64,000 nucleotides of DNA from an uncultured Verrucomicrobiae bacterium. GTDB taxonomy: Bacteria > Verrucomicrobiota > Verrucomicrobiia > Chthoniobacterales > JAATET01. The first letter of the stretch is position 1. Every line of letters begins with the position of its first letter. Positions 31,262-40,867 of the stretch are shown in pieces. Location: positions 288,001-352,000 of the forward strand of contig CAVRCI010000004.1 of assembly GCA_963719495.1 (NCBI GenBank), read 5' to 3'. The position numbers and the translations under genes are program-made. Under the pieces are notes generated by a model that searched no databases, had not been told where the DNA came from, and was given only the letters and a program-made list of their open reading frames with translations.

Positions 31262-31891
31262 TTAGAAGTTGTAGAGCTTGCCTTGGCGGATGTCGGCCAT
31301 GGCTTGGCGGCTTTGCATGTAGGAATCGGGAGGGTTCGGGAGGGGGCCGTCGTCGAGGATGGGGAGGGTCTTGCCGATGGTCTCATCCCAAGGCTGGGTG
31401 GTGGCGACGTTGATCGGGGTGCCAACGCTGACGAGGTCAAAGACCTTTTTGGCGGACTTGAGCGGCATGCGGACGCAACCCATCGTGGATGGCTGGGGCT
31501 TCACGAAGCCCCAATGCATTCCGTAGGCCGGGCCGTAGAATTCGATCCAGTAGGGCATTGGATAGCCGGCTCCGGGGCTGCTGACGCGGCGGCGTTCGGC
31601 GACCTTGGCGCGAACCGGGAAGGTGCCTTTCGGGGTCGGGGTGGCGGCGGTGCCGACGGACACGGGTGTCGCGAGGAGAACCTTGTCGCCCTCGACGACG
31701 TAGAGCTTCTGCGCGGAGGTGCTGAGTTTGACCTTCACGTTGGAGCGATTGGTCGGCTGCGTGACGGGTGGGTCGAATTGGAAGGCGTTCGAGCGGCTGC
31801 CGCTCGTCGGCATCGTGGTGCAGGCTCCGAGGGCGAGGGTGGCGGCGGCGAGGGCGGCGGTGGCGAGGAGACGGGTGATGGAAAATTTCAT
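31262..31891 (-). CDS. L,D-transpeptidase (YkuD) lipoprotein
   Basis: Lipobox LGAC; VSVGTAATPTPKGTF, MPYWIEF, H...STMGCVRM. Confidence 0.9.
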   Translation of the reverse strand: MKFSITRLLATAALAAATLALGACTTMPTSGSRSNAFQFDPPVTQPTNRSNVKVKLSTSAQKLYVVEGDKVLLATPVSVGTAATPTPKGTFPVRAKVAERRRVSSPGAGYPMPYWIEFYGPAYGMHWGFVKPQPSTMGCVRMPLKSAKKVFDLVSVGTPINVATTQPWDETIGKTLPILDDGPLPNPPDSYMQSRQAMADIRQGKLYNF

Positions 31892-32052
31892 GGCGTGCGG
31901 TTGGTGAAGTGCGGCGAATGTGGTGGAAGCGGGTTGCGGGGGCAAGTGGGAAGATGCGGGGTGTGGGTCGTTGATCTGCGGCGTGTCGGTCTTAGATTTG
32001 CGGCTTCGCCGTTGGGTTGGTTCGGCGATTGCAAATCGCCGCTCCTTGAAGG

Positions 32053-33054
32053 TCATTCCGGCGGGGTGAACGTGGGGTTGGTTGGGAGGTCGCTTAGGAA
32101 TTTCCAGAGGTCTTTGGAGTCGCGTTTTTGGACGCGGATGTCTTCGACTCCGGTGGCGTCGCAGCGGAGGACGAGCTGGTAGCCTTTGTATTTGCGGGGG
32201 TGGCCGATGACTCGGGCGAGAGTTGGGTCGGCGGGGGGGCGGTCGTGTTGGGTCATCGCCAGGAAGCTGTAGGGGAGGGCTCGGAGGTCGATCTCGACGG
32301 CGCGGGCGAGTTCGGACCAGGCGGCGTTTTGGGAGGCTTCGGTCGGGGGCTTGGCGAAGGTGTGGCACCAGTGGCGGGCGTTGGCTTCGGTGAGGAGGCC
32401 GCAGGTTTCGGAGTGGGTGCAGGGGGCGATGACGCGGTGGGTGGCGCGGAGGGGTTCGCGGACGCGCTCGACGAGGGCGCGGCTGTCGGGGTGGGAGCCG
32501 GATTCGACCCAGAGGATCTCGCCGGCGGTGCGGGCGAGGCGGAGGAGGGTGGCGGTGGCTTCGGGGGTGAGTTCGTTGAGGATGTGGCTGACGACGAGGA
32601 GGGTGTCGGCGTCGCTGGTGGGTTCGCTGGTGCTGACGCGAAGGGTGGGGAAATCTTTTGCGGCCCGGGTGCTGGTGAAGCGGACGGCGGCGCGGGAGCG
32701 GTCGTGGACCTGGAGTTCGGTGAAGCCGTCGAAGGCTTCGAGGACGCGGCGGCTGGCGACACCGGACCCGCAGCCGAAGTCGAGGATGCGGGTGGCGGTG
32801 GGCGCCCAGTCGCGGGCGACGAGTTCGCTCAGGACGGCGTCCCATTTCCAGCCGATGCGCTCGCCGAAGGTTTCGTTGTAGAGGGCGAGATCTTCGGGGG
32901 TGCGCCAGTAGTCGGTGGTGCCGGCGGTGCCGTCGAGGAAGCCGTTGCGGAGGCGGCGGAGGGTGGTGATTTCGGCGGGTTTCCAGTGGTGCACACTGGA
33001 GTTGTGGGGCTCGGCGGCGCGTCGTGTCAATCGGGCGTCTTGCGAGATGGTCAC
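32053..33054 (-). CDS. Rsm22/METTL17-family SAM-dependent methyltransferase
   Basis: ILDFGCGSG, SHILNEL, VESG, IAPCTH...C...WCH; start may be GTG 32994. Confidence 0.8.
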   Translation of the reverse strand: MTISQDARLTRRAAEPHNSSVHHWKPAEITTLRRLRNGFLDGTAGTTDYWRTPEDLALYNETFGERIGWKWDAVLSELVARDWAPTATRILDFGCGSGVASRRVLEAFDGFTELQVHDRSRAAVRFTSTRAAKDFPTLRVSTSEPTSDADTLLVVSHILNELTPEATATLLRLARTAGEILWVESGSHPDSRALVERVREPLRATHRVIAPCTHSETCGLLTEANARHWCHTFAKPPTEASQNAAWSELARAVEIDLRALPYSFLAMTQHDRPPADPTLARVIGHPRKYKGYQLVLRCDATGVEDIRVQKRDSKDLWKFLSDLPTNPTFTPPE

Positions 33055-33105
33055 GGCACCCGGGGCCCGGCTGCCCTACCTTGGTTGGGATGCCGCTGGC
33101 GCGGC

Positions 33106-33315
33106 TTAGGCTCGTTCGACTTCGCTCTGCGATTTGAGGACGGTGGTGCCGTCCTCCTGTTCGATGACGTAGGCGGGGTCGTCGTCGGTGCCGTTGCGGG
33201 TGACTTCGGAGCCTTTGATCGTTTTGGTGATTTTTTCGTGGTGGACCTCGGTGACTTTGCCTTCGGCGGTTCCGTTGCCCCAACTCCATTTCACTGTGCT
33301 GCCGGTTTTGATCAT
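33106..33315 (-). CDS. DUF2945 (Hva1 Tudor-like) small protein
   Basis: VKWSWGNGTAEGKV...TIKGSEVTRNGTDDDPAYVIEQEDG...LK. Confidence 0.9.
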   Translation of the reverse strand: MIKTGSTVKWSWGNGTAEGKVTEVHHEKITKTIKGSEVTRNGTDDDPAYVIEQEDGTTVLKSQSEVERA

Positions 33316-33364
33316 CAAATTCTTTTCGTGTCCGGGCGTGCGGGCGGATGCGTGGTGAACGATC

Positions 33365-34402
33365 TTACGGCTCGGTGGGGTGGCAACCGGCGAAGAGGGC
33401 GGTGAGGGCGGGGGCGTCGATCTGGGAGCCGATGGCGACGATGCGGCTGTGGGGCTGGGTGGACTGGTCGAGGGGGGTGAGTTCGGTGCGTCGGCCGACG
33501 GCTTGGAGGGCGTGGGGGCTGGTCGGCGCGTCGGCGAGGTGGACGATGCCTTTGCAGCGGTAGACGTAGGCGGGGAGGTGGCGGCGGACCATTTCGACGA
33601 GGGCTTGGCGGTCGAAGGGGCGGTCGGTTTCGTAGCTCCAGGTTTGGAATTGCTGGCTGGCTTGGTGGGGGGTGTTTTCGGCGGCTTCGTGGCGGGGTGT
33701 GAGGTGCCGGGGGTCGAATCGGGCGACGGCGAGGAGGATGGCGAGTGGGACGTCGCAGCGGGTGGTCTCGACGATGCGGACGCGGTCGAGGTGTTGGCCG
33801 ATCCATTCGTGGATGACTTCGAGGTGGTCGCGGGTGACGAGGTCGGTCTTGTTGAGGACGACGAGGTCGGCGTAGGCGATCTGGCGGATTTTGAGGCGGT
33901 TGAGTTCGTCGTTGTCGGCGTGGGTGAAAATGGCTTCGGCGTCGACGAGGCAGGTGATGCTGTCGAGGCGGAGGAGTTGCCGGTATTTGCGGTCGAGGAA
34001 GGTCATGACGATGCCGTCGGGGTCGGCGACGCCGCTGGCTTCGAGGATGACGTAGTCGACGGCTTCTTCGCGGGTGAGGAGGCTCTCGAGGGAGCGGACG
34101 AGGTCGTCGCGGATCTCGCAGCAGACGCAGCCGTTGCTGAGGCTGATGGTGTTCGCTTCGATGCCGTCGATGAGGTCGGCGTCGATGTTGATGGCTCCGA
34201 AGTCGTTGACGAGGACGCCGACGCGGAGGCCGTGGTCGCCGTGGAGGATGCGGTTGAGGAGGGTCGTTTTTCCGGAGCCGAGGAAGCCGGTGAGGAGGGT
34301 GATGGGGACGGGATCGCGTCCGGGGATGACGATGGGCTCGGTGCGGGCGGCGGGGGCGAGGGGGTTGGGGGGCGCTTCGCGCGTGATTGGTGACTGGTTA
34401 AT
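33365..34402 (-). CDS. CobW/COG0523 G3E GTPase metallochaperone (no canonical start codon)
   Basis: Frame upstream of the listed ORF reads LTGFLGSGKTT, VNDFG, SNGCVCC, EASGVADP; NKTD and CobW_C follow. Confidence 0.88.
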   Translation of the reverse strand: MNQSPITREAPPNPLAPAARTEPIVIPGRDPVPITLLTGFLGSGKTTLLNRILHGDHGLRVGVLVNDFGAINIDADLIDGIEANTISLSNGCVCCEIRDDLVRSLESLLTREEAVDYVILEASGVADPDGIVMTFLDRKYRQLLRLDSITCLVDAEAIFTHADNDELNRLKIRQIAYADLVVLNKTDLVTRDHLEVIHEWIGQHLDRVRIVETTRCDVPLAILLAVARFDPRHLTPRHEAAENTPHQASQQFQTWSYETDRPFDRQALVEMVRRHLPAYVYRCKGIVHLADAPTSPHALQAVGRRTELTPLDQSTQPHSRIVAIGSQIDAPALTALFAGCHPTEP

Positions 34403-34420
34403 GGTGATGGGTGGGTTGCG

Positions 34421-35878
34421 TTAGGCGGGGTCGACTTTGATGCCGCGAGCTTCGAGCATTTCCCGGGGGTTGAGGGTGACGCCGGGCCATTTCTGGACGG
34501 GTTTGCGGTAGACGTCGGGTGGGTAGTAGAGGTGGGGATCGATCTCGAGGTCGCGGAGGAATTGATCCTGCTGATCTTCCCGGGGGGTCGTGGGGGTGGG
34601 GAGGGCCATGGTTTCCGGGAGTTTTTCGCCGGGGGCGAGGAGCCACCTCGGGTCCATGGCGGCGGGGGCGGCTCCGTCGGGGAGGAGGGCTTCGCGGGAC
34701 CAGATGGCGTCTTTGCTGACGTTGACGACCTGGACGTCGGGTCCGCCGAACATGAAGAGGCCGTCCCAGTTGGCGCGGACCTCGGCGACGGATTCGGCGG
34801 CGAGGGCTTCGCCGGCGTATTCGTAGTGGCAGATGGCGGCGAGGCGCGGGTTGGTTTTTTTGAAGAGGTAGCCGGCGGCGTAATACATCGTATGGTAGAT
34901 ATCGATGGTGTATTCCCAGAGTTCGGCGGGGGCGCCGAGCTTCATGGCGGAGAGGGCGGGGACGTCGATGGTGCCTTCGGAGACGAAGACGTCGGCGCCT
35001 TGGCCGTATTCGGCGGAGAGTTCGTCGGGGCGGCCGTCGCCGGTGAAGACGAAGGAGAGGCCGGCGTCCTCCCAGTCGAGACGGTAGGCGACGGCTCCGT
35101 TCTTGACGTGGGAGCGGGGCCAGGAGCGGACTTTGACGCCGTCCTGGTCGTAGACGATGCCGTTGCGCTGCTTCCAATCGAACTCGTGGACGTCGATCTC
35201 GAAGCCGTCGCCGATCGGGCAGGCGTTGAAATTTTCTTCGTGCCAGCGGTTCATTTCGCGCATGTGTTTGATCATGTGCGCGGTGCCGAGCTCGGGCGTG
35301 TCGCCGGAGGGTCCGTAGACGCGGAGGGGCTTGAAGCCGCCCGCGAATGCGCGGAAGGGATACATGTAGGGGAGGTCGGCGTAGTGGTCGGCGTGGAGGT
35401 GGGTGAGGAAAATGTCGTTGATGAGGGGGGCGGGGACCTGCATGGCGATGGCGTTGCGGACGCTGCCGTTGCCGAGGTCGAAGAAGAAGCGGCGGGGCTG
35501 CGGGTCGCCGGTGCCGAGTTCGACCAGGATGGAGGTGCCGGACTGGAGCTTGGTTGGGGGCCAGGGAGTGCTGCCGAGGAAGGAGATGCGCATCTCGTTC
35601 TTGGGCAGGGTCTCGGTGCCGGGGGCGTAGAAGTTGTTGTTCTTGAGCGAGTCCCAGGGCTTGAAATAGGGCGGGAGGCTGATGCCGCCGCCGGGGGCGG
35701 GGCCGTAGGGGTTGGTCTCGACGGGTTCGGTGGGGGTGGAGTCCGCGGTGGCGGCGGCGACTCCGGGGACGGTCATGGCGGCGACGGCGGAGGCGGACGT
35801 GAGGCCGGTTTTGAGGAAGTCGCGGCGGCTTTTTGGGGTGGGTTGATCGGGCATCTTTGGGGTGGGTTGATCGGGCAT
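34421..35878 (-). CDS. Tat-exported MBL-fold (RNase Z/arylsulfatase-like) hydrolase
   Basis: SRRDFLK; FFDLGNG, FLTHLHADH, FTGDG, DIYHT. Confidence 0.85.
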   Translation of the reverse strand: MPDQPTPKMPDQPTPKSRRDFLKTGLTSASAVAAMTVPGVAAATADSTPTEPVETNPYGPAPGGGISLPPYFKPWDSLKNNNFYAPGTETLPKNEMRISFLGSTPWPPTKLQSGTSILVELGTGDPQPRRFFFDLGNGSVRNAIAMQVPAPLINDIFLTHLHADHYADLPYMYPFRAFAGGFKPLRVYGPSGDTPELGTAHMIKHMREMNRWHEENFNACPIGDGFEIDVHEFDWKQRNGIVYDQDGVKVRSWPRSHVKNGAVAYRLDWEDAGLSFVFTGDGRPDELSAEYGQGADVFVSEGTIDVPALSAMKLGAPAELWEYTIDIYHTMYYAAGYLFKKTNPRLAAICHYEYAGEALAAESVAEVRANWDGLFMFGGPDVQVVNVSKDAIWSREALLPDGAAPAAMDPRWLLAPGEKLPETMALPTPTTPREDQQDQFLRDLEIDPHLYYPPDVYRKPVQKWPGVTLNPREMLEARGIKVDPA

Positions 35879-36020
35879 TTTTGGGTGGGAATTTTGGAGA
35901 GGCTGATGGTGAGGGGGCGATCCGGCTAGGTTAAACGGGTGGGCGTGAGTGCTGGGTCGGTTGGGCTTCGCTTGCTTCCGGGGTCGGCGGTGGGTGTATT
36001 GGCGGGGTGAGGTTGTTGAT

Positions 36021-37259
36021 TTGAGGACGGAGATTTCGGAGTTGGGGAACGGGGTGCGGGTGGTGACTTGCGAGATGCCGCAGACGGAGTCGGTGACTTA
36101 TGGCGTGTGGGCGGCGGTGGGCGGGCGGCACGAGCCGAAGCGCTTGGCGGGGATTTCGCATTTCATCGAGCACATGCTTTTCAAGGGGACGGTGCGGCGG
36201 ACGGCGCGGCAGATCGGTCAGGAAATCGAGAGCGTGGGCGGCTACCTCAACGCGACGACGTCGCACGATCACACGGTTTACTACGGGGCCGCGCCGGCGA
36301 ATTATTTTCGGCGGTTGAGTGGCGTGCTGTGCGACATGGTGCTGTCGCCGCGGTTCGCGGAGCTGGACATCAAGCGGGAGCGGGGGGTCATCGGGGAGGA
36401 GATTCTCATGTACGAGGACGAGCCGGCGGAGGTGGCGCAGGAGGGGCTGTGGGAGGATCTGTGGCCGGGACACGCGCTGGGGCGGCCGCTGACGGGGACG
36501 CTGAAATCCATCGCGGGCTACGGGCGGGCGGAGTTTTTGGACTACCGGGCGAAGCATTATCACGGCGGGAACGTGGTGGTGTCGGCGGCGGGGAAGGTGA
36601 TGCACGCGGAGGTGGTGGCGCGGACGGCGGCGTTGCTGGGCGAGTTGTCCGGAGGGCGGCGGAGTCGTGCCGGGCGGGCTCCGGCGTTGCCGGACGAGCG
36701 GCGGACGCGGCACGTGGAACGCGACACGCAGCAGACGCACGTGGCTTTTGCGACGCCGGCTTGTGATCTGCGCGATCCGGATCGGCACGCGATTCACCTG
36801 CTCAACGTGATCCTCGGCGGGAACATGAGCTCGCGGCTTTTCCAGGATCTGCGGGAGAAGCGGGGGATCTGTTACACGGTGAGCTCGAGCGTGAGCCTTT
36901 ACGAGGATACGGGGGTGATCAATTTCTACGTGGGGCTGGACGCGAAGAATCTGGAGCGGACGATGGCGCTGGTGGGGCGGGCGTTCGCACGGCTGAGGGA
37001 CGATCTGGTGCCGGACGGGGAGTTGCGGCGGGCGAAGGAATTTGCGATCGGGTCGGACCGGATGTCGCTGGAGCGGACGTCGTCGCAGAATTCGCGGATT
37101 GGGTATTCGGCGCTTTTTTACGGGGAGGTGCTCGAGCCGGAAGTGGCGCACGAGCGGCTGCGAGCGGTGACGAGTGAGGACGTGCGGCGGGTGGCTCGGC
37201 GGTGTCTGGATGAGCGGCGGGTGACGATGACGGTGGTTGGGCCGGCTGGCGTTGCGTGA
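36021..37259 (+). CDS. M16 (pitrilysin) family Zn peptidase
   Basis: GISHFIEHMLFKGT; LGGNMSSRLFQDLREKRG; start uncertain. Confidence 0.93.
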   Translation: MRTEISELGNGVRVVTCEMPQTESVTYGVWAAVGGRHEPKRLAGISHFIEHMLFKGTVRRTARQIGQEIESVGGYLNATTSHDHTVYYGAAPANYFRRLSGVLCDMVLSPRFAELDIKRERGVIGEEILMYEDEPAEVAQEGLWEDLWPGHALGRPLTGTLKSIAGYGRAEFLDYRAKHYHGGNVVVSAAGKVMHAEVVARTAALLGELSGGRRSRAGRAPALPDERRTRHVERDTQQTHVAFATPACDLRDPDRHAIHLLNVILGGNMSSRLFQDLREKRGICYTVSSSVSLYEDTGVINFYVGLDAKNLERTMALVGRAFARLRDDLVPDGELRRAKEFAIGSDRMSLERTSSQNSRIGYSALFYGEVLEPEVAHERLRAVTSEDVRRVARRCLDERRVTMTVVGPAGVA

Positions 37260-37473
37260 TCAGATTTCTGATACGGTTTTTTGAACAGAAGGTCGCGAAG
37301 GTAGCAAAGGATACGGAAGAGGGGGATTCCGGTGGCTCCCGCTGGCGCGGATCTCCTGACGTCGACCTCTACGGGGATGAGATTTGCGGGGGTGGGGCTT
37401 CGTGGTGGCGGAAGTGAGGACGCCCGGGTTGGGCGTGGCGGGTGGGATTCGGGTTGACGGTCGGGGATGAGCA

Positions 37474-37488
37474 TGAGACTCAGTCTCA
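37474..37488. promoter_or_regulatory. Candidate Fur-type operator TGAGACT-C-AGTCTCA
   Basis: Perfect 7-1-7 palindrome 3 bp before the imelysin ATG; TTGACG at 37454. Confidence 0.6.
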
Positions 37489-37491
37489 GAC

Positions 37492-38724
37492 ATGATGAAG
37501 AAGGCGAATTTTGGTTTGTTGGTCGGGTTTGCGTTGGTGGTAGCGGGCTGCGACGGGGGTGGGACGTCGGAGGCGGTGGCTTCGCCGACTCCGGCTGGTG
37601 AAGCGGTGGAATCTGAGCGGGCCGCGCCGGAAACGGATGAGTTGGCGGAATTAAAGGGTGAGGTGGTCGCGAATTACGCGGATTTGGTTTTCGCGACTTA
37701 TTCGGATTCTTTGGCGGCGGCTGAGAACCTGCGGGATTCATTGGAGACTCTGGTGAAAGCTCCTTCGGCGGAGACGATGGAGGCGGCGCGGACGGCTTGG
37801 CGCGAGGCTCGGGTGCCTTATTTGCAGACGGAGGCTTTTCGGTTTTACGGCGGTCCGGTGGACGAGATCGAGGGGATGATAAACGCGTGGCCAATGGATG
37901 AGGCCTACGTGGATTACGTGGTGGGGAATCCGGAAGCGGGGGTGATCAATCAGCCGGAGAAGTATCCGGAGATCACCGAGGCGGTGCTGGGTGAGCTGAA
38001 CGAGAAGGACGGGGAGACGAACATCAGCACGGGGTATCACGCGATCGAGTTTTTGTTGTGGGGTCAGGATTTCCGAGCGGACGGGGCAGGCGAGCGGAGT
38101 TTCGAAGATTACTCGACGGCGGCGAACGCGGATCGGCGGGGGGCGTATTTATTGGAACTGGGAGACCTGTTGGTCGGGCATTTGTGGTCGCTGACGGAGG
38201 CTTGGAATCCGGCGGAAGCGGGGAATTTCCGCGCGGAATTTCTGGCGTTGCCGAAGGACGAGGCGCTGCACGATATTTTTACGGGGATCGGGGTGTTGAG
38301 TGGATTCGAGGTGTCGGGTGAGCGGTTGGCGGTGGCGTATGAAACGCAGGCGCAGGAGGACGAGCATTCGTGTTTCAGCGACACCACGCACGTTGACATG
38401 ATCGAGGACGCGCGGGGGGCGCGGAACGTCTACACGGGACGCTACGTGCGGACGGATGGGAGCGTGGTCGAGGGTCCGGGTGTGGACGAGCTGGTGGCGG
38501 CGAGGGATTCGGCGTTGGCCGCGCGGTTGGGCGACGAAATGGACGCGACGGTTGCGGCGGCGGAGGCGCTGCCGGTGCCGTTCGATCAGGCGATTCTGGG
38601 GGAGAATGGTGCTCCGGGACGGGTGGCTGTTGCGACTTTGATCGATGATTTGAGGACGCAGGGGGCGACGATCGTGGAGGCCGCCAAGGAGTTTGGGCTG
38701 ACGATTCAGCTCGATGGCGAGTGA
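37492..38724 (+). CDS. Imelysin/iron-regulated protein A family lipoprotein
   Basis: VAGC lipobox; TEAFRFYGGP, INAWPMDE..DYV, TGYHAIEFLLWGQD, QEDEHSCFSD. Confidence 0.93.
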   Translation: MMKKANFGLLVGFALVVAGCDGGGTSEAVASPTPAGEAVESERAAPETDELAELKGEVVANYADLVFATYSDSLAAAENLRDSLETLVKAPSAETMEAARTAWREARVPYLQTEAFRFYGGPVDEIEGMINAWPMDEAYVDYVVGNPEAGVINQPEKYPEITEAVLGELNEKDGETNISTGYHAIEFLLWGQDFRADGAGERSFEDYSTAANADRRGAYLLELGDLLVGHLWSLTEAWNPAEAGNFRAEFLALPKDEALHDIFTGIGVLSGFEVSGERLAVAYETQAQEDEHSCFSDTTHVDMIEDARGARNVYTGRYVRTDGSVVEGPGVDELVAARDSALAARLGDEMDATVAAAEALPVPFDQAILGENGAPGRVAVATLIDDLRTQGATIVEAAKEFGLTIQLDGE

Positions 38725-40145
38725 GGGTGGTCCGCAGATTTCGCAGATTCGCGCAGATTTTATTCGGTCTGGGTTGCCTGGCCGTGCTCATCGTGTCGTT
38801 CGCGCGGGAGGAGAATCTGACGCCGGTCGAGGGTGAGGAGCTTTCGGGGGGGGATACGACTGTTTTCGACGCGACGGACAATGCGTTTGGGTATTCCGCG
38901 AGGAACCTTCGGAAGGACAAAAAGAATTCGTTTTTCGTCGGGAACTCCTTTTTCAAGCAGAACTGGGTGATTGCGCCGGCTTCGACTTCGGCTCGGGATG
39001 GACTGGGGCCGCTCTTCAACGCGCGGTCTTGCTCGGCTTGTCACTTCAAGGACGGTCGGGGACGACCGCCTCGGGAGGGGGAGGAGATGGTGTCGATGTT
39101 GCTGCGGCTGAGCCGGCCGGGGGAGCGGGACGCGAAGGCGGGGGTTCGGCTGGACGAGGCGCTGGGCGATCAGCTTCAGCAGAACGCGATTCCGGGCGCG
39201 GAGGGTGAGGGGGTGCCGGTGGTGGAATACGCGGAGGTGGCGGGGGAGTTCGCGGATGGGTCGACTTATTCTCTGCGGAAGCCAAGTTACCGGATCGAGA
39301 AGCTGGGCTACGGCGGTGACTCGGCGGAGGGGCTGGAAATATCGCCGCGCGTTGCGCCGCAGATGGTGGGGATGGGTTTGCTGGAGGCGATCGCGGAGGA
39401 GGATCTCATTCGGAACGCGGACCCGGATGACTTGGATAGGGACGGGGTGTCGGGTCGGCCCAACTGGGTGTGGAACCACGAGGTGGGTGTGAACCAAATC
39501 GGGCGCTTCGGATGGAAGGCGAACACGGCGACGGTGCGCGAGCAGGTGGCGGGGGCGTTCCTTGGCGACATGGGACTGACGACGCCGACTCGGACGCACG
39601 GGGGGGCGAGCTTGTCGGAACTGGGCGTGGCGGCGATTGCCTACGAGGACGGCGATGAGCCGGAGGTGACGGCGAAAATTTTCGACCACGTCGTTTTTTA
39701 TTCGTCGGTGCTCGCGGTGCCGGCGCGGCGGGACGTCGCGGACCCGGAAGTGCTCATTGGGAAGCAGGTGTTCGGGCGCTTGGGGTGCGCGGAGTGTCAC
39801 GTGCCGGAGTTTCGGACGGCGGTGGTGGAGGGTTTTCCGGAAGTGTCGGGTCAGCGGATTTTTCCGTATTCGGATTTGCTGTTGCACGACATGGGCGATG
39901 GGTTGGCGGATGGGCGTGGGGATTTTGAAGCGAACGGGCGGGAATGGCGGACGCCGCCGCTTTGGGGGATCGGGCTCGTGGAGACGGTGAACGGGCACAC
40001 CGAGTTCTTGCACGACGGTCGGGCTCGGAATCTGGAGGAGGCCGTGTTGTGGCACGGCGGGGAGGCGGCGGTGTCGCGGGCGGGTTACGTGGCGCTGGGG
40101 GCGGGGGAGCGGGCGGCGGTGGTGCGGTTTCTGGAGTCTTTGTAG
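38721..40145 (+). CDS. Di-heme oxidoreductase family protein (DUF1111)
   Basis: GLGPLFNARSCSACH, GRFGWKA, GCAECH, DLLLHDMG, WRTPPLWG, LHDGRAR. Confidence 0.93.
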   Translation: MRVVRRFRRFAQILFGLGCLAVLIVSFAREENLTPVEGEELSGGDTTVFDATDNAFGYSARNLRKDKKNSFFVGNSFFKQNWVIAPASTSARDGLGPLFNARSCSACHFKDGRGRPPREGEEMVSMLLRLSRPGERDAKAGVRLDEALGDQLQQNAIPGAEGEGVPVVEYAEVAGEFADGSTYSLRKPSYRIEKLGYGGDSAEGLEISPRVAPQMVGMGLLEAIAEEDLIRNADPDDLDRDGVSGRPNWVWNHEVGVNQIGRFGWKANTATVREQVAGAFLGDMGLTTPTRTHGGASLSELGVAAIAYEDGDEPEVTAKIFDHVVFYSSVLAVPARRDVADPEVLIGKQVFGRLGCAECHVPEFRTAVVEGFPEVSGQRIFPYSDLLLHDMGDGLADGRGDFEANGREWRTPPLWGIGLVETVNGHTEFLHDGRARNLEEAVLWHGGEAAVSRAGYVALGAGERAAVVRFLESL

Positions 40146-40215
40146 ATTTTTTAAACCATGAAGGGGTGAGGGGGAACCGCGAATGGACGCGAATGAACGC
40201 TGATGGTGAGGTGAT
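40146..40215. repeat. Imperfect direct repeat of about 70 bp; second copy at 52506-52576
   Basis: AACCATGAAGGGGTGAGGGG..GAACCGC.AATGGACGCGAATGAACGCT.ATGGTGAGGTGAT at both ends of the accessory zone. Confidence 0.9.
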
Positions 40216-40469
40216 TTCAGCGAGTAGTCGTCCGCGGACAGGCGGAGACGCTGAAGGAAACGATAGCGCTATTCCTGAATTCTACCCGCTCTCATTGGCG
40301 TCCGTTCGGGATTCTGAACTCAAACAGTTCGACGGTGCTGCGTTTCGCTTCGGGTGGGGGCTTGGTTTTTGCAGACGGTGGTCACCCGAGTTAGGAATGG
40401 TGCTGAGGGCCACGACCCCCTACTTGGAAAGGTTACTCGGTTCAGACGTCGACTGATCCAAACGTCCTT

Positions 40470-40747
40470 TTGGCGGATCCGCGGAAATGCCAGTTTTCGG
40501 CGAGAAATCGTCGGCTGACCCGAATGCCACGTGAATGCCACGGTCATTTTCGCGAAATCTCCGCCCTCGTCCGAACCGGTATCCCTGAGCGTGTCTGCTC
40601 TCTGGATCAACTCCGCCGCACCCTGGACGCCGTTGTTAAGTGTCGCAATCTCGCCACTGTCACCACCAATTGGCAGTTCACCAATGACAACGCCAGGATC
40701 AAGCTCCGCAGCCTTTATCCTTCTGTTCTGATTTGATTGACTACTAG
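40470..40747 (+). pseudogene. IS630-family transposase C-terminal remnant with right end
   Basis: EISALVR...RN...NWQFTNDNARIKLRSLYP, followed by GACTACTAG. Confidence 0.75.
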
Positions 40748-40867
40748 TGGGCGCTCACAAACGCAATTTTCGACGTGTCATCGAGAAATATGTCAATACG
40801 TAGGACCGCCCCGTTCTTGATGGTTCTTTGAATTCCTGAGCCGGAGTAGGCAGGAATACGAGGAGGT

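Noticed and set aside
31262..33289. 675-aa ORF as a large fusion protein
   Set aside because: The N-terminal two thirds are an Arg/Pro-rich shadow frame over the methyltransferase; the real gene starts at 31891 with a lipoprotein signal
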